Source: an uncultured Actinomycetes bacterium (GTDB lineage: Bacteria; Actinomycetota; Actinomycetes; Nanopelagicales; Nanopelagicaceae). Taken from it: DNA of 34,967 nt. The notes under the pieces were generated by a model. That model was not told where the DNA came from and made no database searches. It worked only from the letters and a program-made list of their open reading frames with translations. Made by a program: the position numbers and the translations under genes. Of this stretch, positions 9,555-20,016 are shown one piece after another; the first letter of the stretch is position 1; each line of letters starts with the position of its first letter. Where the stretch lies: NCBI GenBank assembly GCA_903822245.1, contig CAIJOE010000008.1, positions 1-34,967 of the forward strand, in the 5' to 3' direction.

Positions 9555-10511
9555 ATTAGCGCTCACTCAAACGTTGCAAATATCGCAAAACTTGAAGCAC
9601 TTGCAGCACTTTCGGGTGTAATGATCGCCTTACAGTCTCGGGCAAATGGTGAACTCTCTCATCGGATCAACAACAGTTTAGAGGCAGCGCTGGTTTCCTT
9701 TGGCTCTGGGTTAATAGTTATCACAATAATTGCCCTTTTTAACCCGAAGATAAAAGCCGGTATTACAAAACTAAGATCATCTGTTCGCGAAAAACAGCTT
9801 CCCAAATGGAATCTTTTTGCTGGAGTATTAGGTGGATCTTTCGTAGCCCTTCAAACCCAAGTAGTTCCACTGATCGGTGTTGCAATTTATTCAGTCGCAT
9901 CAATTGCAGGACAAACTGCTATTTCATTATTTGTAGATCGGATGGGCCTATCTGGCGGGGCAAAAAAACTTATTTCGAAAAAGCGCCTTGCAGCAGCCTT
10001 TATAACCGTTGCAGCAGTATTACTTTCAGTGTGGGATCGTTTATCGGTTACTTCCTTCTCTATTCTTGCAGTGCTCCTTTCGGGATTAGCTGGAGCGCTA
10101 GTTGGAGTACAGCGGGCAATGAATGGTCGAATTAATATCTTCTCGGCGCAGAGTTTCACCACTTCGCTTCTTAATTTCATTATGGGAACAAGTACCTTAT
10201 TGGTCTTTTTAGTAATCAAATCCTTATTTCACGGCCGTGGACTCGTCGCTTTGCCGCACGGCCCTTGGTGGCTCTATACGGGTGGAACTATTGGAGTTAT
10301 TTATATTGCCTTTAGCTCAACCATCGTGCAACACCTAGGGGTATTAACTTTCACACTATTTAGTGTTGGCGGAACTCTTTTAGGTTCGTTACTAATAGAT
10401 ATTTTCGCACCAACCAATGGAACTCATGTAACGTGGTATTTAGTTAGTGGAATATTACTTACTTATTTAGGTGTTTTAACTGGCGGGGAATCAAGAATAT
10501 TTAAACGTTAG
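9555..10511 (+). CDS. DMT superfamily transporter (YdcZ/DUF606-like), paralog of 768..1685; start uncertain
   Basis: QSRANGEL / QRAMNGRI repeats. The frame is open from 9543; ATG 9621 truncates TM1 relative to the paralog; ATT at 9555 follows AGGGGAG. Confidence 0.8.
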   Translation: MSAHSNVANIAKLEALAALSGVMIALQSRANGELSHRINNSLEAALVSFGSGLIVITIIALFNPKIKAGITKLRSSVREKQLPKWNLFAGVLGGSFVALQTQVVPLIGVAIYSVASIAGQTAISLFVDRMGLSGGAKKLISKKRLAAAFITVAAVLLSVWDRLSVTSFSILAVLLSGLAGALVGVQRAMNGRINIFSAQSFTTSLLNFIMGTSTLLVFLVIKSLFHGRGLVALPHGPWWLYTGGTIGVIYIAFSSTIVQHLGVLTFTLFSVGGTLLGSLLIDIFAPTNGTHVTWYLVSGILLTYLGVLTGGESRIFKR

Positions 10512-11889
10512 TTTTGCCAGCAGCTTTAACTGCTTCAGCCACTTTTGTAACAACATGGGGATCAAAAACGCTTGGAACAATGAAGTTTGCATTTAGTTGC
10601 TCTGTGCTCACACAAGATGCAATGGCTTCAGCGGCGGCAACTAACATCTTGTCAGTGATCTTTGTGATTCGGCCATCTAGTAAGCCTCGGAATATTCCAG
10701 GAAAAGCCAAGACGTTATTGATCTGATTTGGCTGATCACTTCTTCCGGTTGCGACAACCGCTGCATGTTTTCTGGCAAGTACTGGGTCAACTTCCGGGTC
10801 TGGATTTGCTAGTGCAAAAACAATGGAACCAGCAGCCATTGCTGCAACATCACTTTCACTAATTACATTGGGTGCGCTAACTCCAATAAAGGTATCTGCA
10901 CCGACCATCGCCTCTGAGATAGTTCCACTAAATACTCCGGGCGCACAGTTATCCACAAACCAAGTTCGCATAACGTCATCGCCATCTTTATGTTCTTTGA
11001 CCAAACCATCTTTATCAAATCCAATTATTTGCTTAGCGCCGGATGCAACAAGCAGGCGGGCGATAGCTGTCCCAGCTGCCCCAGCGCCACTCATAACTAT
11101 TTTGGCATCAGATAATTTCTTACCAACTAATTTCAAAGCATTGCTGAGCGCAGCTAAAACAACAATTGCGGTGCCATGTTGATCATCGTGGAATACTGGA
11201 ATATCTAAGAGATCTCGCAATCTGCGCTCCACTTCAAAACAACGAGGGGCGGAAATATCTTCAAGATTAATGCCACCATAAACTGGCGCAATTATTTGAA
11301 CAGTGCGAACGATCTCATCAACATCTTGAGTATCTAGGCATACTGGCCAAGCATCAACATCGGCAAAGCGTTTGAAAAGCGCTGCTTTACCCTCCATAAC
11401 GGGCAAGGCGGCTTCTGGTCCAATATTTCCAAGGCCCAGCACAGCTGAGCCATCAGTTACAACTGCCACAGTGTTTCGCTTAATAGTTAAGCGCCGGGCA
11501 TCTGATTTATCTGCCGCAATCGCTTGGGAAATTCTTGCAACACCCGGGGTGTAAGCACGCGAGAGATCATCACGGGTTTTTAGGGGCACCTTTGACTGAA
11601 TTTCAATTTTTCCACCTAAGTGCAGCAAAAATGTTCGGTCACTTACTTTACGGACCGTGATCTGGGGATTCTTAGAGATAGCTGCGGTAATTTGTTCGGC
11701 ATGCTCACCATCAATTGCATCACAAGTAACGTCAATTACTACATGGTCTAGATTTGATTCGACCACATCTAGCGCAGTAATTGAAGCACCAGCAAGAGTT
11801 ATTGCGTTGGTTACAACTGAAACTGGCTGAGCAGAAGGAGGACCTTCAGCTCTAATTGTTATTCCATAGCCTGGACTAGTGGAAGCCAT
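10501..11889 (-). CDS. NAD(P)-dependent malic enzyme with N-terminal ACT domain
   Basis: [72 protein letters not shown]. Confidence 0.93.
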   Translation of the reverse strand: MASTSPGYGITIRAEGPPSAQPVSVVTNAITLAGASITALDVVESNLDHVVIDVTCDAIDGEHAEQITAAISKNPQITVRKVSDRTFLLHLGGKIEIQSKVPLKTRDDLSRAYTPGVARISQAIAADKSDARRLTIKRNTVAVVTDGSAVLGLGNIGPEAALPVMEGKAALFKRFADVDAWPVCLDTQDVDEIVRTVQIIAPVYGGINLEDISAPRCFEVERRLRDLLDIPVFHDDQHGTAIVVLAALSNALKLVGKKLSDAKIVMSGAGAAGTAIARLLVASGAKQIIGFDKDGLVKEHKDGDDVMRTWFVDNCAPGVFSGTISEAMVGADTFIGVSAPNVISESDVAAMAAGSIVFALANPDPEVDPVLARKHAAVVATGRSDQPNQINNVLAFPGIFRGLLDGRITKITDKMLVAAAEAIASCVSTEQLNANFIVPSVFDPHVVTKVAEAVKAAGKTNV

Positions 11890-11894
11890 TTTAT

Positions 11895-12533
11895 TTACAC
11901 AACGCCGTAGAGACGATCGCCTGCGTCGCCAAGACCAGGAACGATGTAACCCTTTTCATTCAACTTTTCATCGAGGGCGCCAGTAATAAGTGTGATCGGT
12001 AAATTCTTTCCATCAAAAGCTTTTTCAAGTGCTGCAATACCTTCAGGGGCAGCCAAGATAGTAATTGCAGTTATGTCACGAGCACCTTTTGCTAAGAGAA
12101 ATTCAATTGCAGCAATCAAGGTACCGCCAGTAGCAAGCATTGGATCCAAGATAAAGCACTGACGACCTGTTAAATCCTCTGGCAATCTGTTTGCGTATGT
12201 TGATGGTTGCAGGGTTTGGTGGTCACGAATCATTCCAAGGAAACCAACTTCCGCAGTTGGGATTAGCCTGGTCATGCCTTCAAGCATTCCTAGGCCAGCG
12301 CGCAAAATCGGAACAACCACCGGCTTTGGCTTTGCTAGAACATTTCCTTGTGTCATCGCTACTGGAGTTTTAATCTGAACATTTTCTGTCCGAACCTCAC
12401 GAGTTGCTTCGTAGGCGAGCAAAGTGACTATCTCTTCGGTGAGTGCACGAAAAGTGGGTGATTTTGTTTTTTCATCACGCAAAACAGTTAATTTGTGTGC
12501 AAGGAGTGGATGGTTGGCAACGGTAATTTTCAC
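11895..12533 (-). CDS. upp: Uracil phosphoribosyltransferase
   Basis: [36 protein letters not shown]. Confidence 0.97.
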   Translation of the reverse strand: MKITVANHPLLAHKLTVLRDEKTKSPTFRALTEEIVTLLAYEATREVRTENVQIKTPVAMTQGNVLAKPKPVVVPILRAGLGMLEGMTRLIPTAEVGFLGMIRDHQTLQPSTYANRLPEDLTGRQCFILDPMLATGGTLIAAIEFLLAKGARDITAITILAAPEGIAALEKAFDGKNLPITLITGALDEKLNEKGYIVPGLGDAGDRLYGVV

Positions 12534-12599
12534 AACTCATACCTTACTCGCCCAGCCGAGGTGTAACCTACTTCTAAACGGGCTGAGGGGGTGTTCGCA

Positions 12600-13058
12600 G
12601 TGGCTGATGATTTTGGCGTAATTGCGTGGCACGAAGATGGAATTTGGAATCTGGCCCAACTTACACAGACCCGCGATATTGGGCTGATCATGGATCAACT
12701 AAACGCTCAAGTAACTAATGGTGGGGCGCTAGCTCTAATTTCAGTAGACGAAGATTTTTTTATTGTAATTCGAGCTCTAGGCTCACATATGCAAATGATG
12801 ATTAGTGATGTTACCTATGCTCTTGAATCTGATTTGGCTTCTGACTTAATAGACATGCTAGATCTTCCATTCCCAGAAGAAGATGATGATTCCCAACCAG
12901 GTGGCGATATTGATTTACTTTCAGATCTTGGAATGCCTGCAATGGAACTAGAAGCACTTTGCGATGATCTAGAACTATTTCCTGATGAACAAATTGATGC
13001 GATTGCAGCAAGACTTGGCTTCGGAGAACAATTCTCCAAACTCTATGAACTTCCATGA
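12600..13058 (+). CDS. tRNA adenosine deaminase-associated acidic protein (actinobacterial, TIGR03941-like)
   Basis: Very acidic; PGGDIDLLSDLGM and IAARLGF motifs; lies between upp and tadA as in other Actinobacteria. GTG 12600 follows a G-rich SD. Confidence 0.8.
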   Translation: MADDFGVIAWHEDGIWNLAQLTQTRDIGLIMDQLNAQVTNGGALALISVDEDFFIVIRALGSHMQMMISDVTYALESDLASDLIDMLDLPFPEEDDDSQPGGDIDLLSDLGMPAMELEALCDDLELFPDEQIDAIAARLGFGEQFSKLYELP

Positions 13059-13494
13059 TGAAATGGGGCAAGCGTTAGAGATTGCTAAATCTGCGCTCGC
13101 AACAAATGATGTTCCAGTAGGCGCAATAGTTATAGATTCAAATGGCAAAATAATCGGACGTGGCTATAACCGACGTGAAGTCGATCATGATTCCACTGCT
13201 CATGCCGAAATTGTGGCAATGCGTGAAGCATCAAAAGCAATTACAAATTGGCGTTTAGAGGATTGCACAATTGTTGTGACATTAGAGCCATGTGCCATGT
13301 GCGCTGGTGCAATAGCTCAGGCAAGAATTAAGCGCGTGGTCTTTGGTGCTTGGGATGAGAAAGCTGGCGCAGTTGGTTCAGTATGGGATGTCTTGCGCGA
13401 TCCAAGATCACCTCACCGCACCGAAGTAATTTCTGGCGTTCGTGAGGCAGAAGCCGTCGCACTTTTAAATGAATTCTTTACCAAGTTAAGATAA
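13045..13494 (+). CDS. tadA: tRNA-specific adenosine deaminase
   Basis: DVPVGA, HAEIVA, TLEPCAMCAGA, RVVFGAWDEKAGA. Start moved to ATG 13045. Confidence 0.93.
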   Translation: MNFHDEMGQALEIAKSALATNDVPVGAIVIDSNGKIIGRGYNRREVDHDSTAHAEIVAMREASKAITNWRLEDCTIVVTLEPCAMCAGAIAQARIKRVVFGAWDEKAGAVGSVWDVLRDPRSPHRTEVISGVREAEAVALLNEFFTKLR

Positions 13495-13501
13495 TAAATA
13501 G

Positions 13502-14167
13502 ATGTTGATTTATGCCCATCGCGGGGCCTCAGCAGATTTCCCAGAACAATCTAGACAGGCATATTTAGAGGCGATAAAACAAGGTGCAGATGGCTTTGAG
13601 TGCGACCTACGCTTAACTAAGGATCAGGAATTAATTTGTTGGCATGATGCCGACACACTTCGGATGAGCGGTCGAAAAGTAAAGATTGCAGATTCAACCT
13701 TTGAAGAGCTTTCTTTTGCCAAACCACTGTTATTTACCGAACTATTTCGGATTGCTTATGAAAGTGGCAAGAACTTGGCTCTTGAAACTAAGCACCCAGT
13801 TAAAACCGGTGGCGCAGTTGAGAGAGAATTGCTTCGATTAATTTCAGATTCCCATGGAATCACAATCGACGTCATGTCTTTTTCGAATTTGGCAGTGCGC
13901 CGGATCATTAGTGCTGGTTTTTCTGGCGTTAACTTGGTCCATAACAAATTAGGTCTGGCACTAGCCAATTCACCAATTATTGGCCCTGGACTTCATTTGA
14001 TAAAGCAAGATCCCAAAATCGTTGATCGTGCGCATTTAGCTGGCAAGAAAGTTTATGTTTGGACCGTTAATAGTGATGAAGATGTGAAATTCTGCGCAGA
14101 TCTTGGTGTGGACGCGATAATGAGTGATAACCCGGCGCGAGCACGCAAAGCGCTCGGATACGCTTAG
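13502..14167 (+). CDS. Glycerophosphodiester phosphodiesterase family protein
   Basis: YAHRGAS, GFECDLRLTKD, WHD, LETKHP, VWTVN, GVDAIMSDNP. Confidence 0.9.
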   Translation: MLIYAHRGASADFPEQSRQAYLEAIKQGADGFECDLRLTKDQELICWHDADTLRMSGRKVKIADSTFEELSFAKPLLFTELFRIAYESGKNLALETKHPVKTGGAVERELLRLISDSHGITIDVMSFSNLAVRRIISAGFSGVNLVHNKLGLALANSPIIGPGLHLIKQDPKIVDRAHLAGKKVYVWTVNSDEDVKFCADLGVDAIMSDNPARARKALGYA

Positions 14168-14170
14168 CCA

Positions 14171-15007
14171 ATGACAACCTACGCCTACCTTGGCCCTTCA
14201 GGGACCTTTACTGAGGCGGCGCTGCGTAAGATCACAACTTCTTCTGACGTCTTAACTCCTTATGCAAATGTAACTGCGGCCCTAGATGCTGTGCGAAATG
14301 GATTGGCAGAAAAAGCACTCGTACCAATTGAGAATTCCGTTGAAGGAGTAGTGGCTAGAACTCTTGATGAGTTAGCAACAGGTGCACCGCTAGTAGTTTC
14401 AGCTGAGACCACCATTCCAGTTTCCTTCGCACTGGTGGTTTTGTCAGAAAATGTTGGTAAGCCAATAAATAAGATTGCCACCCATCCCCACGCTGAATCT
14501 CAATGCCGTTTGTATATTGCTAAGAATCATCCTGGCGCAGAAATGATTGAGACTGCTTCAACGGCTGCTGCAGCAAAAGGTCTGGTAGATGGAAACTACG
14601 ATGCGGCTATTGCAGCAGAGATTGCTGCAGAAAAATATGGGCTAGCTGTTGTGGCAAAAGACATTGGTGATAACACCGGGGCAGTAACAAGATTTGTTGT
14701 TGTTGAAAAGCCGGGTCAACTCCCAGCGGCAACCGGAAATGATCGAACCTCGCTAGCGGCTTTTATTGATATTGACCACGCAGGTGCGCTGCTAGAGATA
14801 TTGACTGAATTTGCTAAGCGAAACGTCAACCTAACTTTTATCCAATCTCGTCCTACTGGGCGCGAGCTTGGGCACTATCACTTCATTATTGACGCTGAGG
14901 GTCATATCAGTGATCCGAAGGTGAATGAGGCAATCGAAGGCGTGCGCGCAATCTGTGAAGATATTCGCCTCTTAGGCTCATACCCACGCGTTGGCGCTAC
15001 TAAGTAA
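14171..15007 (+). CDS. pheA: Prephenate dehydratase
   Basis: YLGPSGTFTE, VPIENSVEG, TRF motif, ACT domain with GALLEILTEF and IQSRP, LLGSYP. Confidence 0.95.
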   Translation: MTTYAYLGPSGTFTEAALRKITTSSDVLTPYANVTAALDAVRNGLAEKALVPIENSVEGVVARTLDELATGAPLVVSAETTIPVSFALVVLSENVGKPINKIATHPHAESQCRLYIAKNHPGAEMIETASTAAAAKGLVDGNYDAAIAAEIAAEKYGLAVVAKDIGDNTGAVTRFVVVEKPGQLPAATGNDRTSLAAFIDIDHAGALLEILTEFAKRNVNLTFIQSRPTGRELGHYHFIIDAEGHISDPKVNEAIEGVRAICEDIRLLGSYPRVGATK

Positions 15008-15023
15008 AAGATAGAATAAGCAA

Positions 15024-16286
15024 GTGATTGATCTAAAAGTACTTCGCGAAAACCCTGACCTGGTTAGAAACTCACAAAAGGTCCGAGGGGAAGATGTTGC
15101 GATTGTCGATCAACTTATAGCCGCCGATGGCCTTGCGCGAACCGCGCTAGCTGAATTTGAAACTATTCGCGCTGAGCAAAACGTTCTTTCTAAAGCTGTT
15201 GGCGCCGCAAAGGGTGATGAGAAAGTAGCGATTCTTGAAAAGGCTAAAGAATTAGCCACTCGCGTGAAGAGCGCTGATTCAAGTAGAGCCGAGGCAGAGG
15301 GCAAAGCCAATGCGCTCGCACTTCAAATCGCAAACATTATTGATCCTAAAGCACCTATCGGTGGTGAAGCAGATTTCGTCGTGATCGAAGAAATTGGCAC
15401 ACCGCGCGACTTTAGTAAAGATGGCTTTGAACCAAAAGATCACGTTGAAATCGGCAAATTAATTAAAGCAATTGATACCGAACGCGGCGCCAAAGTGGCT
15501 GGTTCACGTTCCTATTATTTGACTGGCCCTGGGGCAATGTTGGAATTTGCCCTTGTTAATTACGCGATCGCATCTGCATCAAAAGCTGGATTTATTCCGG
15601 TAATCCCACCAGTCTTAGTAAAACCACATGCAATGGAGGGAACTGGATTTCTTGGCCAGGCAGCAGAGAATGTTTATCACCTAGAAGAAGACGACGTTTA
15701 CTTAGTAGGAACTTCAGAAGTTCCACTCGCTGCTTATCACATGGATGAAATCCTTGATAATCTTCCAATTCGCTATGCCGGTTATTCATCTTGCTTCCGC
15801 CGTGAAGCTGGAACATATGGCAAGGACACCCGTGGAATTATTAGAGTTCATCAATTCGACAAAGTAGAAATGTTTTCCTTTGTTAAATTAGAAGATGCCG
15901 AAGCCGAACACCTACGTCTACTTGAGTGGGAAAAAGACTTCTTAAAGGCGATGGAGATTCCATTTAGAGTTATAGATGTTGCATCTGGGGATCTAGGCGC
16001 ATCAGCAATTCGTAAGTTTGATTGTGAAGCTTGGATTCCTACCCAGGGGACTTATCGTGAAGTAACTAGCACTTCTAATTGCACCGAGTTTCAGGCAAGA
16101 CGCCTAAATATTCGTTACCGCGATGAAAATGGCACAAAGCCAGTGGCCACACTAAATGGCACTTTGGTTGCTATTCCCCGCATGATCGTTGCTATTTTAG
16201 AGAACCACCAGAATGAAGATGGTTCGGTAAATGTTCCGCCAGCCCTTCGCCCATTCTTAGGTGTCGATAAATTGGTGTGTGCGTGA
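15024..16286 (+). CDS. serS: Seryl-tRNA synthetase
   Basis: N-terminal coiled coil, [47 protein letters not shown]. Confidence 0.97.
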   Translation: MIDLKVLRENPDLVRNSQKVRGEDVAIVDQLIAADGLARTALAEFETIRAEQNVLSKAVGAAKGDEKVAILEKAKELATRVKSADSSRAEAEGKANALALQIANIIDPKAPIGGEADFVVIEEIGTPRDFSKDGFEPKDHVEIGKLIKAIDTERGAKVAGSRSYYLTGPGAMLEFALVNYAIASASKAGFIPVIPPVLVKPHAMEGTGFLGQAAENVYHLEEDDVYLVGTSEVPLAAYHMDEILDNLPIRYAGYSSCFRREAGTYGKDTRGIIRVHQFDKVEMFSFVKLEDAEAEHLRLLEWEKDFLKAMEIPFRVIDVASGDLGASAIRKFDCEAWIPTQGTYREVTSTSNCTEFQARRLNIRYRDENGTKPVATLNGTLVAIPRMIVAILENHQNEDGSVNVPPALRPFLGVDKLVCA

Positions 16287-17104
16287 GTATTTCGGGTAAA
16301 CGCCCAAAACTGATTGCAACTGATTTAGATGGAACGATTGTTGCTCACTATGGTCAAATTTCAGAGCGCACAATTGCCGCCTTTACTAAAGCTCACAAAA
16401 TGGGCGTGGAGATCTTCTTTGTAACTGGGCGACCACCCCGTTGGATGGCGGAGATTCGCGATGCATTTGGCTTTGGTAATGCAATTTGTGCAAATGGGGC
16501 CATGCATTATGACTTGGTTAATTCTAAAATTTTAGAAGAGTGGTTAATTCCAGTTGAAAATCAAATAGAAATAGCGCAAATACTTCGCAAGAAGATTCCT
16601 GGAGTTAATTTTGCAATTGAGTTTGAAGGTCACTTTCATCGGGAAAAGAACTATGTAGCAAACTGGGATATTGGCATCGACAACGAAGGCGTTGATGAGA
16701 TTGAAGAGCTTGCAACCCAGCCGGCATTTAAGATGATGGCTCGGTGCTCGAAGAATGAATTTACTTCTGACCAAATGCTAGAAATTGCAGAGCGCGAAAT
16801 CTCACATCTTGCAACAGTTACTCACTCGGCTCCAGAGGATTCAATTATTGAAATATCAGCAATTGGAGTTAGTAAGGGCGCAACTTTAGAAAAATTGGCG
16901 GCGCGTGCTGGATTTACTGCTGAGGATTGTGTTTCCTTTGGTGATAACCCAAATGATTTCTCGATGCTTTCATGGGCATCTCGTTCTTGGGCGATGGCTG
17001 ATGGTCATCCTGATAGCCCTAAGTATTCAAAGTTCATTGCTGAGCCATTGAAGGCTGATGGAGTGGCAAAGGTGATCGAAGCTCTCCTCGAATTGCCTGC
17101 TTAA
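16283..17104 (+). CDS. Cof-type HAD-IIB hydrolase
   Basis: [34 protein letters not shown]; GTGA overlap with the serS stop. Confidence 0.92.
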   Translation: MSISGKRPKLIATDLDGTIVAHYGQISERTIAAFTKAHKMGVEIFFVTGRPPRWMAEIRDAFGFGNAICANGAMHYDLVNSKILEEWLIPVENQIEIAQILRKKIPGVNFAIEFEGHFHREKNYVANWDIGIDNEGVDEIEELATQPAFKMMARCSKNEFTSDQMLEIAEREISHLATVTHSAPEDSIIEISAIGVSKGATLEKLAARAGFTAEDCVSFGDNPNDFSMLSWASRSWAMADGHPDSPKYSKFIAEPLKADGVAKVIEALLELPA

Positions 17105-17129
17105 AGGGTTAACAGGTAAGTTTGCCCAC

Positions 17130-17215
17130 GGAGGGCTCGCATAGCGGCCGAGTGCACCGGTCTTGAAAACCGGCAAGGGAAACCTTCGTGGGTTCAAATC
17201 CCACGCCCTCCGCCA
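17130..17215 (+). tRNA. tRNA-Ser (anticodon UGA)
   Basis: Acceptor GGAGGGC/GCCCTCC plus discriminator G and encoded CCA; anticodon arm CCGGT-CTTGAAA-ACCGG; long variable arm; T-arm GTGGG-TTCAAAT-CCCAC. Confidence 0.96.
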
Positions 17216-17311
17216 GATTTTCTTTTATTTGCGCTAACTAGTGGCTGATTTCATAAGTACTACGCGTAAGGGTGGCTAGCCTTAATTAGGCGGCACGAGC
17301 AAACTTGGCTT

Positions 17312-18115
17312 ATGGCTACTGGCGTATTTTCTAGCACTCGAGCAAAGATCTCTGAGCGCACACTGCGAACAGATAAGTGGTGGATCCAACCACTAATTAC
17401 CTTTTCCGTTCTGGTTGCATTCATTATTTATGCGACGCTTCGTGCATTTGAAAATGGAAATTATTTTGCAGAGCCGTTGATTTCACCGTTCTACTCACCT
17501 TGTTTATCAGCCGCTTGCGCGCAAGGCTCTTCACTACTTGGACAGCCATTTGGAATTGTTAAGTTAATCGGGATGACAGTTTCACCAGCACTATTTATTT
17601 TGATTTTCCCACTTGGTTTCCGCATGACTTGCTACTACTACCGCAAGGCTTATTACCGTTCTTTCTGGATGTCACCACCAGCATGTGCAGTTGCCGAGCC
17701 ACATTCAAAGTACACAGGTGAAACCCGCGCTCCACTCATTATGCAAAACGCCCATCGATATTTCTTCTATATAGGTTTAGTTTTCAATGTGTTGCTAACA
17801 GTTGATGCTGTTCTCGCATTTAGAAACCCAGAAAAGCAATGGGGCCACATGAGCGTTGGAACTTTGGTTCTTCTGGCTAATGCAACATTCCTCTGGTTAT
17901 ATTCAGCTTCTTGTCATACTTGCCGCCACACAATCGGTGGTCGCTTAAGAAACTTCTCAAAGCACCCACTTCGCTACAAGGCTTGGACAGTTGTTTCGGT
18001 TTTAAACCACAAGCACCAAAACTTCGCCTGGATTTCTTTATTGGGTGTGGCTTTTGCTGACTTCTATGTTCGACAAGTTGCCTCCGGCTCATTCACGAAC
18101 TTCTACTTCTTCTAA
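17312..18115 (+). CDS. sdhC: Succinate dehydrogenase membrane anchor, Sdh1 type (Rv0249c-like)
   Basis: Multi-TM; SPFYSP, FRMTCYYYRKAYYRSFWMSPPAC, SCHTCRH motifs; directly upstream of sdhA/sdhB. Confidence 0.85.
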   Translation: MATGVFSSTRAKISERTLRTDKWWIQPLITFSVLVAFIIYATLRAFENGNYFAEPLISPFYSPCLSAACAQGSSLLGQPFGIVKLIGMTVSPALFILIFPLGFRMTCYYYRKAYYRSFWMSPPACAVAEPHSKYTGETRAPLIMQNAHRYFFYIGLVFNVLLTVDAVLAFRNPEKQWGHMSVGTLVLLANATFLWLYSASCHTCRHTIGGRLRNFSKHPLRYKAWTVVSVLNHKHQNFAWISLLGVAFADFYVRQVASGSFTNFYFF

Positions 18116-18129
18116 GAGGACCATCAATA

Positions 18130-20016
18130 ATGACAATTGAAATCGAACGTCATAAGTACGACATATTGGTCATCGGGGCCGGTGGCGCAGGCCTTCGTGC
18201 TGCAGTAGAGGCTCGGGAAGCTGGACTTCGCGTAGCAATCATTTGTAAATCACTTTTTGGTAAGGCTCATACGGTTATGGCCGAAGGCGGGGCTGCAGCC
18301 TCAATGGGTAACGTAAATGAGAATGACAATTGGATGGTTCACTTCCGTGACACGATGCGCGGTGGAAAATTCCTAAATCATTACCGCATGGCTGAACTCC
18401 ATGCAAAGGAATCCCCAGATCGCATTTGGGAGCTTGAAATGTGGGGCGCGCTCTTTGATAGAACCAAAGAAGGAAAGATTTCACAACGTAACTTTGGTGG
18501 CCATGAATATCCACGCCTAGCTCACGTTGGTGACCGTACAGGGCTTGAATTGATTCGCACTATGCAACAACGCATCGTTGCACTTCAACAAATAGATAAA
18601 GCAGAAACTGGTAATGCTGAAAGCAATATCAAAGTATTTGCGGAATTAACTATTACAGAAATTCTTAAAGAGGGCGGCAAAGTCTCTGGTGCTTATGGTT
18701 ACTGGCGCGAGAATGGTAAAGAAGTACTATTTGAAGCTCCAGCAATAGTTCTTGCAACTGGTGGGGTCGGAAAGACATTTAAAATTACTTCCAACTCTTG
18801 GGAAGGTACTGGAGATGGCCACGCACTAGCGCTTAAAGCTGGAGCGAATTTAGTTGATATGGAGTTCTTGCAATTCCACCCGACAGGAATGGTTTGGCCG
18901 CCATCAGTTCGTGGAATCTTGGTAACTGAATCAGTTCGTGGTGAAGGCGGCGTTTTAACTAACACCAACGGCGAGCGTTTCATGTTCAAATACATTCCAG
19001 ATGTATTTAAAGATAAGTACGCTGACAATGAAGCAGAAGCTGATCGCTGGTATGTGGACCAAGACAACAACCGCCGCCCACCTGAGTTATTGCCTCGTGA
19101 TGAGGTTTCACGCGCGATCAATTCCGAAGTTAAAGCAGGACGTGGTACTGAGCATGGCGGCGTATTCCTAGATGTTTCAAAGCGTTTATCTGCTGAAGTA
19201 ATTAAAAAGCGTTTGCCATCTATGTGGCACCAGTTCTATGAATTAGCTGGAGTAGATATCACCAAAGAAGCAATGGAGGTTGGCCCTACTTGCCACTATG
19301 TAATGGGTGGAGTTGAAGTAGAGCCAGATACTGCTGCTGCTGTTGGTGTTCCAGGACTTTATGCAGCTGGAGAGTGTGCTGGGGGAATGCACGGCTCTAA
19401 CCGCTTGGGCGGAAATTCTCTAACTGACCTTTTGGTATTTGGTCGTCGCGCTGGAATGGCAGCGGCGGCATATGTTAAGAGCGCAGGAACAACACAAGTA
19501 AGTCAAAGCGCTGTTCAAGCTGCGTCATTAAGAATACAAGCCCCATTCACGCGCACCGGTGGTGAGAATCCATACAAGCTCCACCAGGAACTTCAAGAAA
19601 TCACACATAATTTAGTAGGAATTATTAGAACTAAGACTGAATTAGATGATGCGATTGTGAAGATCACTGAGCTTCGTAAGCGAATTGCAAACATAACAGT
19701 TTCGGGAAATCGTGAATTTAATCCAGGATTCCACTTGTCATTTGATCTAGACAATATGTTGCTGATTGCAGAATCAACTGCAAAGTCGGCTGTGCTTCGC
19801 GAAGAGTCACGTGGTGGTCACACCAGAGATGACTTCCCAAAGATGTCTACAACTTGGCGTCAGATCAACAACATCTCTTCATTTGATGGGACACAAGTTA
19901 ATGTTAGCCAGCAACCACTTCCAGTCCTACCGAAAGAACTCTTTGACCTCTTTGATCCGCATGAACTTGAGAAATATATGACTCCAGAAGAGTTGGCGAA
20001 AGGTGGTTCCAACTAA
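18130..20016 (+). CDS. sdhA: Succinate dehydrogenase/fumarate reductase flavoprotein (Rv0248c-like)
   Basis: IGAGGAG, covalent-FAD His in KAHTVMAEGG, QFHPTG, ESVRGEG, HYVMGG, HGSNRLGGNSL, ESRGGH. Confidence 0.95.
   Translation: MTIEIERHKYDILVIGAGGAGLRAAVEAREAGLRVAIICKSLFGKAHTVMAEGGAAASMGNVNENDNWMVHFRDTMRGGKFLNHYRMAELHAKESPDRIWELEMWGALFDRTKEGKISQRNFGGHEYPRLAHVGDRTGLELIRTMQQRIVALQQIDKAETGNAESNIKVFAELTITEILKEGGKVSGAYGYWRENGKEVLFEAPAIVLATGGVGKTFKITSNSWEGTGDGHALALKAGANLVDMEFLQFHPTGMVWPPSVRGILVTESVRGEGGVLTNTNGERFMFKYIPDVFKDKYADNEAEADRWYVDQDNNRRPPELLPRDEVSRAINSEVKAGRGTEHGGVFLDVSKRLSAEVIKKRLPSMWHQFYELAGVDITKEAMEVGPTCHYVMGGVEVEPDTAAAVGVPGLYAAGECAGGMHGSNRLGGNSLTDLLVFGRRAGMAAAAYVKSAGTTQVSQSAVQAASLRIQAPFTRTGGENPYKLHQELQEITHNLVGIIRTKTELDDAIVKITELRKRIANITVSGNREFNPGFHLSFDLDNMLLIAESTAKSAVLREESRGGHTRDDFPKMSTTWRQINNISSFDGTQVNVSQQPLPVLPKELFDLFDPHELEKYMTPEELAKGGSN

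Noticed and set aside
10949-10957. TTATCCACA DnaA box in the malic enzyme gene
   Set aside because: It is isolated and within coding sequence; there is no box cluster or AT-rich unwinding element, so it is not oriC.
17230-17295. Short palindromes upstream of sdh (AGTACT, TACGCGTA)
   Set aside because: Too short to distinguish from chance; no recognisable operator.
17130-17311. tRNA-Ser as an integration site
   Set aside because: It is followed directly by the sdh operon; no integrase and no duplicated tRNA 3' end were seen in the window.
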